From: Podarcis vaucheri
Lineage: Eukaryota
NCBI GenBank assembly: GCA_965113315.1
Contig: OZ220369.1
Length of the DNA stretch: 64,000 nucleotides
Direction: 5' to 3' (one strand)
Shown here: in pieces, positions 39,801 to 51,800 of the stretch
How the letters are laid out: every line of letters begins with the position of its first letter
How positions within the stretch are numbered: the first letter of the stretch is position 1
Made by a program: the position numbers and the translations under genes
The notes under the pieces: generated by a model
What the model was told of the DNA's origin: nothing
What the model saw: the letters and a program-made list of their open reading frames with translations, nothing else
The model's database searches: none

Positions 39801-42800
39801 TGGAGGGTACAAGGTTGGGGAAAACTGCATTAATGTCAGAGTAGTAGATAATGCATAGAAGGGACGCGGGTGGCGCTGTGGGTTAAACCACAGAGCATAG
39901 GACTTGCCAATCAGAAGGTTGGCGGTTCGAATCCCCACAACGGGGTGAACTCCCGTTGTTCGGTCCCTGCTCCTGCCAACCTAGCAGTTCAAAAGCACAT
40001 CAAAGTGCAAGTAGATAAATAGGTACCGCTCCGGCACGAAGGTAAACGGCGTTTCCGTGTGCTGCTCTGGTTCGCCAGAAGCGGCTTAGTCATGCTGGCC
40101 ACATGACCCAGAAGCTGTCTGCGGACAAACACCGGCTCCCTCGGCCTATAGAGCGAGATGAGCGCGCAACCCCAGAGTCGGTCACAACTGGACCTAATGG
40201 TCAGGGGTCCCTTTACCTTTACCTAGATAATGCATAAACAGGACCTTTTCCACCACTCATAAGCACACTAGACTGGGCAGCACCGCAGACAAAAACACAT
40301 TTAATGCCACAGAGAAAGCAATCAGAGGCACTTCTTAATATCTCTTACCTTTAAATGGAGACATACTATATTTCTGTAGAGGAAAGCATAACTTAGAAGG
40401 GGCCTTCAGAGTGATTTTCTCAGGAGTAACATTGGCTGGTGGATTTCAGCCAAAGCTACAGCAGAAAAGTAAGCCAGTTGGGGGGCTGGTGTTTCCTAAC
40501 TTCCGAGTGATTAACTCTGCAACCTTGTCATTGTTAATGGAGTTCTCATACATAATTCACTGCATATGGCAGCTCCTCAGGGGGTACTGCAAGCCCGCTC
40601 TGTGTGCGTATCAGGTGGTGTTTCCATCACTTCACCTCGGGTGCCTGGTGTGTCTCAGTAAGTGTTGACGTGTGGTGGAATTTCTGGAAAATGCAGCCCT
40701 GCAGAGGTCCTTGATCCAGAAGCCTAGAGCCCCCTGGCCTCTTACAGGGGGGGAAAAGGCAAACGCCAGCACGTTATGCTCTGCTGGAAGGAAGGAAGGG
40801 CAGCAGAATGGAGCCCTAGGCCCTCTTCTGTAGCAGAGCTTAAAAGGAGCCAGAAAAAGCAGAAGAAAAGCAAAAGGCAACAAGGTACAGGTGACACAGA
40901 AAAGCGGCTACCTGCCAATCATTTCCCAGTCCCTGTAAAAAGGGATGTTAGGTGCTGCCTTGTTATCGTAAGGTCCAAAATGGCAATTAGGGGATCCAAA
41001 CCACTCATCAAATCCATGCCTCAAGGGATGGAACTCAGGTCTGTGGCCAAGGTGCCTAGAAAAGATTAAGAAAAAGAAAAGAAAAAGAAAAAACCAGTCA
41101 GGGATGCATAAGAGAAGATCAATCACCCTATCAGCACTGCACAAAAAATACACTGTAACGAAGAAGCTGACAGATGTAATAACCCATGGTTAAGAAATAG
41201 ACAATGAAAGGCCCACAGCTAACTAATTCAGATAATTTGCCTTTGGGGGCTTCCTGGTCCATCACCTGTAACCTCCCAAAGTCCCTTGCTGGACCATTTC
41301 CTCTGCTGAACCCCGCACAGCACTTATCAATAGTAGTTTCCATGGCTCAAAAATATGTGGAAAATGTAATATACCCTTCACCTGATACCCTTCAGATTTT
41401 CTTGGCTACAAGTACCATAAACTGTGCTAGCTGCAGCTTATGGCGGCTGTTGTCCAGAACATCTGAAGGGTTCCAGGTTGGCAAAGACTGATGTAACCTT
41501 GTGCCATTTCCAGAGCCAGAGCAGGCATTGATGCTAGCCCACATAGTTCCTTATCCTGCTCCATAAAGAAAAGAGGAATGATGATGGCAAATGAGAAAAT
41601 CGAAGCCAACATGCTTAATTTGTATAATTAAAGCTTAAGGCGGGTGCTGGCTTTTCAAGTTTTGGGTGCTCTTAGAGAAAAATGATTATCTGGATCCAAT
41701 CCAGTCTGAGTTCAGGCTTAGCCTGAGGATGCACAATTAACTAGTGGCTAGGAGCACCTTTTACCAGCTTTGGCTGGTGTACAAGCGATGATCATTCCTT
41801 GCCATTCCTGGACAAAGACAGCCTGGTTACAGCAACCCATAACACTGGTAACCTCAAGACTGGGTTACTGTAATCTGTTCTACGTGGGGTTGCCCTTAAA
41901 GCTGGTTCAGAAGCTGCAGGTATTGCAGAATTTGGCAGCTAGACTGCTGAGCAGAGCTGCCTGCTGTGACCATGGGATGCCATTGTTGAAAGAATCGAAC
42001 TGGCTGTCAATTTACCACCAAGCAATATTAAAGGGTTTTTATTGACATAGGCCTGGACACTTGAAGTATGTTTTCTCCCATGCTGAGATTCTCAGATGAG
42101 GAAGTCTTAGTTGTGCCTCATCCTGCCTAGGGCCATGGTGTGACAAGCCTTCTCTGTTGGGTAACCGATCTCATGGAATCATTTCCTCCCTGAAATAAGC
42201 TGCAGACTCTGATGCACTTTTGACGCCTGCTAACGACTTGCTTTTTCACTCAGGCATCTGCCGGTTTTTAAGACCAGGTATGTGGCAATATGCTTCATTG
42301 TTTTACTGTGGTTGGTCATATCGCATTGTTTACTGAGTTACTGTATTTTAACATGTTGATTTTATTTTTGGAATCACGTTGAAGGAAAGTATACCTATTT
42401 AAATGATTAAGTCACAGAATTCAGATTCTTTTGGGGGCAGAGTTTTGACCAGCTGGCTAAGCATGGAAGATTGCACCAAACCATGTGACAAGTGGGGTGG
42501 GGCAGGCACTGGTCCTCTACTTGCCCAGCACGGCCCACATTGAGCTGTTTTTTTTGTGGGGGGAAGCACTACAAAAAGACAGCCTGCAGAGTGAAGAATG
42601 CACTGCATTCCCTCTTCTGCGCTGCTGCACCCCTTTACCGACTGGCAATGACATTCAGCCCTAGAAACAGGCTGACACAACAGGCGCCAGGTCTAACCAA
42701 TCCGGTGCTTCCTACCCTCGCAAGAGGAACTATGCTGCAAGCTCAGACTTAATTAGCTTTCTGCTATGGCTCTGAGGTTGTTTGAGACTTGCTGCTTTCC

Positions 42801-45800
42801 AGATAACTCCCTGGAACCAATCTGTATCTGTGCTGTTTATTTCCTTTCCCCAGGTGTATGAATTTACATTTATTAGCACTCAGCTGCATCCCATTGCCTG
42901 CAGCCCACTGAGCTGTATTTTTCTTCTTCGGCAGTCTGCTGTTTGGATTTGCAGCAATAAATAATTCACGGGTGTGGGTTCATTTGCTTTCTTTCCTAGG
43001 ACGGTGCTTCTAGTGGCAAACAGCTTGATCATCAGTGAATGTTCGCTAGCTTGTTGGCAAATCCCCTGAAATATATGCATCCTTTCTTGGCCTGTGTTAT
43101 TTTGCCCCTGTTTTTAATCTGCCCTTCCTCCAAGGAACAATGTCACCCTGCTGCCCTTTTATCTTCAATGAGGTGTAACGTAAGTTGAGCTGCCAACCAG
43201 GAGTCACATATACTGTACTGCCAAGTAAGGTGTTTGAACCCAGGTCACCCTGGACTCTCTATTAACAATGACCCTTGAATCTGCTCCCCAAACTAATGGG
43301 AATAAAATGCTCGTGTAGGTGCTGCATTTATTAGTTGTATTATCCTGGCCTGACATTTTTTGCATGACACACTTTATCTCCAAAAAGATTTGGCTATTAA
43401 TTCTGTTGCAGAATGTGCTACTTGAAATTGGGGGAATCCAATGTGGTGCCCTCTAGATATTGGTAGACCACAACTACTATTGTCTACAACCACTGGGCCT
43501 TGCTGGCCAGGACTGGCTATCCTTGCTTTAAATTTGTTACAGTGGCAACCAAGGCCAACACACTTCAAAGTCAGAACCTTTGGGTCTGTGTATGGTTGCC
43601 TCATATGGTGAGCCACTCAATTACACACTGACTCTATCTGCCCAGGCTGGTATTTTGAATCCTTCAGGGCAGAAAACCACAGAACAGGGTTGCCTGTTCC
43701 AGTTAAGGTCTTCCTGAACTGCAGTGTAATTTTGCATCCTTTTGACCATTCTTCAGTCCCGATTTCTGGCTGGTTTCTCAATTCTGCCTCCTGGTTTCTC
43801 CTTTAGTCCTGGGCTTACTCTTTGGTCCTGACTACTGGCTTCAACCCGCAGCTCCCGGTTCCTGGCTCACTGTCCAGCCCCAGCAGTGGCATCCTTTGCC
43901 ACAAAGACTTGCACATGCGATTTTACAATGCACTTTGATCTAAGAACTCCCCAATCCCGAGTCGCCCCATTAATAGATCAGGGAGGTGGCAGTGTAGCGG
44001 CAGGTGCTAAAGTCACAGAGTAGAAAGGAGGAGGTGTGTCTTTTATGTTAGAAGGTAAGACCAAACTATGGTCCTTAAACACACAAACATTTCAAACAGA
44101 AGAATCCCCTTAAGGAAAAAGTTACAAAACCCTGCCTGATCCACTGATCTCTTCATCAGCAGTAAATTCATACACCAATCTGGGAAGTCAATCGTCAGGG
44201 GAGCAATAGGAAGAGAACAGTCATCTCTGTCTCTCTTCTTTTTTCTTCCAAAGTGGCTCAGAAATCACACTTTCCTCCTCAGCTGCTGTGAGGCTTTTCT
44301 TAACAACCATGATTTATATAAAAGAACCATTTTCAGTGGCCTTGCCGTTACCTTTGTTAACACCTGCGCCAGCACCACAGAGGTTTGTCATCAATTTCAA
44401 TGATCCAACTCTTAGCTCTTTTAAAAGAGCTCCTGGGATATAGCACAAGCAGATTGTGGGTCAATATTTGTTCAGTAGTTCCCGGTTTACCCTCTGCCCG
44501 CCTAGATTATGCTATGACTCCTCGGAAGAGTGCTAGCATCAGTCCTTCTCTCCTTGGGGAAGGGAATGCATCTCTGAAGCCACTCAATAACTCTGCTATT
44601 CAAGCAGTATCAAAAAGGAACAGCTTACAATTTAGGCAGAAAGTGCCATACCTCAGAGATTAACATTTTGCAAGGGCCAAAGATAAATGATTTGATGACT
44701 GCTTATGGCATGCTCTGGCAATGCAGGTTTGTAATTTCTTATGAAAATAAGTGCAGCATGTTGCCTCTATTATACGATAGTCCTTGGCTCTAAAATTAGT
44801 CGCAGCAGGTGGTGGGGGGACGATTCCCTGCCAAGATTTCTGAAGGCAGAAATCACAAATTAAACCAACTTATTTGAACTCTGATTCTCTCACATATAAA
44901 GTAAGCCATACAAAAAAAGGGACATATTCAAAAAGAAGCTTTACCATTTGCCAACGATCTTATTGACATAGCCTGTTTTCTTCAGCAATTCTGGAAGGAG
45001 GAGCTCAGAATCTGGGATGCCCCCTGTTATGACCTGGGGGGTGTAGGCTGCATTAAGACAAAAACACTTCAGCCAAATGAGAAGGTTTGCAGGTGGTAAC
45101 ATGATTTATTAACTGTACAGTGGTACCTCGGTTAAGAACAGCCCTGTTTACGAACTATTCGGTTTAAGAATGCCGCAAAACTGGCAGTTGTTGTCGCAGT
45201 TTGCGAACTTTACCTCGGTCTAAGAATGGAAGCCTAACGGTGGAAGGGCACCGGTGGCAGGAGGCCTCATTAGGGAAAGCATGCCTCGGTTTAAGAATGC
45301 TTTCGGTTTAAGAATGGACTTCTGGAACGGATCAAGTTCGTAAACCGAGGTACCACTGTACTCAGTAAGAGGTCTCTTCAAGATCCAAGTGGGATTGGGG
45401 GATAGGACAAGACAGGCCAGAAAGACAGGTAGATTAGGGATTAGCAGGATTTAAGTGAGGTGTAGCTGATACGGTAACCTCCAGATGTAGTGGACTACAA
45501 CTTCCATCTGCCTCTGCCAGCATGGCCAATAGATGGGGATGATGGGAATTGTGGTCTAAAACTGCAAGTAAGGCACCAGGTTGGGGAAGACTGATCTATA
45601 ATTTATTTATTTCATAAAATTTATACACCACTTGATTGTAAAAAAAAACCCCAACCCTCAAAGCCATTTACAAAAAAGATAATGCAATAAGATTAGCAAT
45701 AAAAACAATTAACAATGATTTAGAACATTCAAAAAATTAAATCAACAATAAACTAAAAATAGATTAAAACATGTGCCATCTTCATTCTAAATATCTGGCC

Positions 45801-48800
45801 CAAATTGCACCAAACATTAGAGGACATTCCAAGTAACTGTCTCTGTGTCCATTCAGTCTCATGTCTAAAACTTTATTCTCTCAACATCAGGTTCCATTGC
45901 AGTGGTGTAGCTAGCCATTCAGGTGCCCGGGGCAGGGTGAGTGGCCCATGGGGGCAGGGCAAGCTGCCCACCGTAGGGCAGCTGACAGGGAGGCAAAAGA
46001 CAGAAGCAAGTCCCACACTGCTGTTTTGGGCAGTGCAAAGCCTGCAAGCACCTGAGCCACCGTGTCACTCCCAGGAGAGACGTGTGGCTTAGGCCCCATG
46101 GTAAGTGCCACCCCTCGCAGGGTGACACCCAGTGCCCCCCCCAGCTATGCCTCTGTTCCATTGATTCCCAAGGTATTTCTTAAAGCAGAGAGCCAGACAA
46201 TTGTTTTTAGAAACACGAAGAATGCAGAGGGGCAGGGAACAAGCCAATATGGCAAACCTGCTTGCACCATGCACTGAGATGCAAATTTGCCCTCTGGCTC
46301 CCTCACAAGTAAGTGGAGGAGAGCTGCTTCCTTTAAAAAAAAAAAAAAATTATTAAGTTTCCAACAAATTAAACACAACACTACAAAAAAGCCAAAAAAG
46401 AAAACATACAATACAATACATAATAAAAAAGAGAAAAACAAATAAACATAATAAAAGAAACAAACAAGACAAAACAGAACAAAACAAAAACCATTTAAAA
46501 TTTCAATTTCAACATCTTATCTTTCTTTCCCTTATTTCCTCGACCTCCTCACACCTCCCTTTTTGTATTCCACTTCTGTTAATTGTTTCAGCAATTCCTT
46601 TCCATCTTCCTGTTTTCTATCCTATAATTATCTTAACGCATTCTAACCATATTTTCCCTTTAAAGCTCAATTAATCTATTTATACTTAATTCCAATACCT
46701 ATCCATCTTCCCCTGTTTTCTATCCTATAATTATCTTAACACATTTTAACCTTATTTTCTTTTAATACTCTATTAATCTATTTATACTTAATTCCTTATA
46801 ACATTTCTACTGAAGCCATATAACTTCATTCCAACGTTCTTCTAACATTCATTAATTTTACAATATTTCTATAAATAATCTTTAAACTTTCCCCAGTCTT
46901 CTTCCACCGACTCTTCTCCCTGGTCTCGGATCTTGCCAGTCTTTTCCGCCAATTCCATCTAGTCCATCAACTTCATCTGCCATTATCCAACACTTCAGTG
47001 CTTCCAAGAGACAACCATTCCCTCAGCCAGCAAAAAGCAGATGGTTCACAACAAAGTTTAGGGGTCTGGCAGGGCAGGTCCACCTCCATCTTTAACATCC
47101 GTCAATATCTTAAGTTTTACTCGAGGCTTCCTGCCCTGCCAAACAACTCCAAAAACATCCCTCTGCCACCTCCTGATACAATCCATCCCACCCATCCATC
47201 CATTTGCCCTCTGGTTCCCTCACAAGTAAGTGGAGGAGAGCTGCTTCCTTTGCTAAATGGCTTCTGTGTTCAATGAGAGGCAAAGCACTCTGCTTACAAA
47301 GCACTTTAGATAATGTGAATGTGGTCTGTTTGTGCACATATCACCTGAGCAGGAGAGTCCACTTGTGGTTCTCTAGATAGCAGCTCCCAGAATTGTACCC
47401 CGGGCACTGAACTGAAAGAATGGGCAACTAACAGGCCAACCCCCCACAGGAGCTGAAGGATACAGACTTAATAAACTTGGTCCCACTGACACTGGCAGAG
47501 CATTGGACAGAACACTTTTGCCAGAAGTCTAAACTGATCACTTGCAGACAGATTTTCCTCTCCTCCTCCCATTTTGGGTCTCCCCCTCCCACTTTCTCTC
47601 TCTCTCTAGGTTCCCCCCAGCTGAATGAAATTAGGCTAGGAGCTCACAGGTGCCCCCCCCCCCCCCGCTTTAAAGCATATCTCAGTTTTCTGTTCATTCT
47701 ATTGTTCTCAAATGAGAAAAACTGCAGCCTGCAGATCAGGGAGGTACCACAGCTGACTGGCTAACAGGGTCAGCCACCAACATTGCTGGTAGTTAGGATG
47801 ACTAAAATATATTCTTTCTAAAGACCCTGGGGATTCCCTGCCTCAGTACATCAGTGGCAGAACACATGCTCTAAAGACTCAACCTTTGATGTTGCTCTTT
47901 AAAAATAAGAACAGGGGAAAAAGTAGGCCTGCGGTAAACTTCTCCCGAAGCCCTGAACCAGTCATCAATGCAGACAGTAACAAAACAAGCTACATGGTGG
48001 ATTGCTCAGAATTAGGTGACAAGCCCCCTTTCATGCCTCAAACAAACAAAGGACATGCAGATCAGGCCTCAGACCGTTAGCTAATTTTAAATGCATGCAT
48101 TCTTCCATACTTCTTATGGACGTCTAATATGCAAGCATCCCTCCACTGTCAGCTAAGAGATGAACACCCACACTTGCCAATATGCAGCACCAATCCGGAG
48201 CTGTAAATGCATGCTCTAAAACATATGGTCTCCTACAGCATCTGCCATTTTGGAACAAACAACCCTAACACCAACTAGATCGGCCGCAAATCAGCTCAAG
48301 CTGGCACCTCCCAACAGGAGCGCTAGAGCAAAGCACTCATTGTGGACAGCTTGGTAGTGCCCTCCAGACGCCCTTGCCTGGCTTAGTAGGAAGAACATAT
48401 TTCTATAAGAGTGTATTTCAAACATATTGCTAACCTTCCATAATAACATGCAACTCTTCTCTTCACTCCACCCGCCTTTTGCTGAATCTTAATTAACCTA
48501 TCCAATAAAACAACTTCTTTAGCAGCAAAAGCAAAAACAGATTTAACAACCTGAGCACTAGAATTTGTACTGTAGCTGGAACATTTGGAGACATTCTCTT
48601 TATGCAGAAAGTCTTAGGTCTGCTTCAGGCTACTTATCTGTATCATAGTTAAGATGATCGCAAGCAAGCTTTCATAAGCCTCAGGCTTTCACACTTGCCC
48701 TCTTTGCATGCGAGCAGAGAAGAGAGAATGCTTCTGCTTTCCCTTTAAAACAAATTGCACTTCTCTGTTGTGTACAAATTCAGGGAACTATGGTTTATTC

Positions 48801-51800
48801 TGACCCTGGTTAGTTAACAAAGCCGACTATTAAACCATGATTGATTGATTTGTTTTAACTAGTTAGAATGAACCACAGTTCCTGTAGGTCTATAACAGGA
48901 AACTGCAGTTTGTCCTCAAGTGAAGAGTGGAACCTTTTTCTCTCCTCAGTTTGCATGCAGAGAAGAGGCAGTCATGACAGTCAGTAACACGTGCAGGTTC
49001 ATTCAAGATCCTATAAACCCTGTTAGCTGGACTAGCAACACCAGGCCTATTTGTTTGCAATAAAACCCTGATTCCTGGCAATTACTTCCATGATCTCAAA
49101 AAAAATTAATTTCTGAGTAAATGTGCTTAGGATTGCAGCCTATTGTAAACTGCCTGGGGGTATATATACATTTTGTTAAGGAAGGAAGGAAGGAAGGAAG
49201 GAATGAATAAATAAATAAATAAATAAATGTGTCTTTAGTGGGGGAACTTGAAGCAAGACCCCAACATTTGGGTTGCAAAAGTAAAGGCTCATTTGCTGGA
49301 AAAGAAGGACATACCATTTCTGGCATGGGCATTTGTGGTGTAGAAGCCATTCCTGATGGGGAGACGACCAGTTAAGAGTGCTGCTCTTGCTGAGGAGAGA
49401 AAAGCAAGGGGTGGGGGCACACAGAAGTAACTGTATATATCAGTTGGGCGACTTTCTTTTCTTAGACAACATCCTTCCTGCTTCAATTTTACTATTTCAT
49501 CACATCCAGTTACCACAATCTCAGTCCGTGTGGCTGGGGGATAGCTTGGAGGCATTTCGAGGAAACAGTTACCAGTATTATAAGGTCCTCCAACATAACA
49601 ATTTCTGCTATTATTTTTCTTTAAGAAAATGTGTTCCTAGAGTATTAGGTTCTAGTATTGCTACTATTATTTATCAAAGCACATTTGATTTGCAATCTTA
49701 ATCTTTAGAAGTTGAAGACAGCAATTTGCCTAATGTGATTTCATGACAGAGGTACGATTTGTACCAAGCCCAACTCTCCACCCCCTAGACAGCACTGCTT
49801 CTCTAGAGCTTTGGAGTTTACTCACATGGAGAACAAAGGGGGTTGGCAGTGTAGAAGCTTGGGAAAAGCATTCCTTCTGCAGCCATCTGGTCTATATTTG
49901 GGGTTTCTTTGGAAGGATGCCCAAAAACACCTAGGTCACCCCAGCCCATCTGAAGAAATACCAGGACACAAGACAAATAAACGACAATTAGTTGAAAGGA
50001 CTAGGGTACATTTTTATCATTCAGCTATTTAAAAACTTTACTGTAGCATCCACCACTGTAATACCCAAGTACAATGATTTCCACTGCTCAGCAGCCTGTT
50101 TAAGGCGAGCAGCCTTTTCAGCTTCATGGAAGCAACATGGATTATTGCAGGGCAGCGAAGGGGAGAGAACAGTGTCAAGTGACCTTCAGAAACACAAGGA
50201 ACAGGTTAGTCACCATTTCCAGTTTTGTACAATAGGAGGTGTGCTGGCAGCATCCAGCTGACAAAACACACTATGGGTGAAGCCAAGAAGCAGATCATGC
50301 CATCCCTGGCAACACCTCTGTGGGAAGAACTGCATCACATTTTCAGAAACCCTTCTGTACGAAATGTCAGGCTGGGTCAGATCAAAGGTTCACAGAGTCC
50401 AGTATTCTGTCTCTATCAATCGTCAGTCTGATGCCCCAGAGAAGCTCAAAAGTTGAGCAAGATGCAAATAAGCCATTCACTGCTGTATGCTTTCAGTGAC
50501 AAGCAATCACAAATATGCTGCTTCTGAACACAGAAGTTCCATTTCTAACTGTAAAGGCCAACAGCCATTGATAGACCAATTCTCCATGATTTCCCCCTAA
50601 TCCTCCTTTCAAATTCATGACCCCAACTTTGTGAGTGAATTCATTCTTAACACAAATTATGTATGGCTTGATGAAGCAAGTTGTTTTGTGGTAGTTGCAT
50701 GAATCCCCCCCTGGGATGGGGCAAAATCAAGAGAACTTCCAACCTTTTGGAAAATGGCACCATACCTAGCTTGTCCTTGCTGGCACCTGCAGCTAAAACA
50801 CTCATTCCTGCTTCAACTGCAACTTTTTCTTGACACATATTTACTGAATATAATAAGGAAAGGAGGGTGAGGGGATGAGAACCTTTTTGTAGCATAGGAA
50901 AATACTCAAATCAACAGGAGCCCCCTTTTTAAGGGGGGAAAAATTACACCAACAATTTCAAGCAGCTAAAAACAGAGTGCAAAGAGTAATAGCCTGAAAC
51001 TAAAAAGAAATGCAAGAAACACATTAGAAAGCATTTTTCTAACACTACGGTCAGCAGAGCAGTGGAATAATTTCCCTAAAATGGCTTATGAATCACAATC
51101 ACGAGGTGCTCAAAAACAGACCGAGGCCCCAGACCTGAACTCTTGTAGCAAGTTCATATTGCTAAGCCTTTTACTGAGACAAGCAGTGTCCACTGTGCAC
51201 AATCCTCCTCACTTCAGTAGGACTAAGCAAGTTTGTGACCCTTGTATGAGGGATAGTTTTTTCAAGTGTTCAAAGTGCGCACTCTTATATGATAACAGCC
51301 CTGTAATACTTGGGTCTTTTATTCGCATATGTCAGATGTGAAAGAGTAGCTTACTGAATCTCATATGGACAACTATATTGGTCTGTGCTGAAAGAAATGC
51401 AGTGGCGCAATAAGGATTGCAGCAGCTTAATACATATGTTAGTCTTGACTAAGGCCACATAGTGCATTGATGGCAAAGGAAATCCAAAATGGTGACGTTC
51501 AGATTAATAGCTCATGAGTAGTTATTTATTACTTCTTGCCAGCAATAAAGGTGAAAAGCGAAAGGATTGCTCCACTTGAGACAAAAGGGAGAGGAATATC
51601 TAAACACTTGATAGAAGCTGCAGAATAGGCAACCTTGCACAAAATTTCCAGCTCAAAGAACAATGGTTCCAGCTGCTAGCTCTCTATTTCTGAATGGTTT
51701 ATACTGTCCTTTGCATAAGCCACAGGGCAGTTTACCACAAGGCAGACAGTTAAAAATCCATAAAAAACCCAATCCTTTAAAAACACATAACAAAAAAATC

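Noticed and set aside
39861-39940. tRNA-like A/B boxes (GGTTCGAATCCC)
   Set aside because: This is the head of a Sauria SINE, not a tRNA gene.
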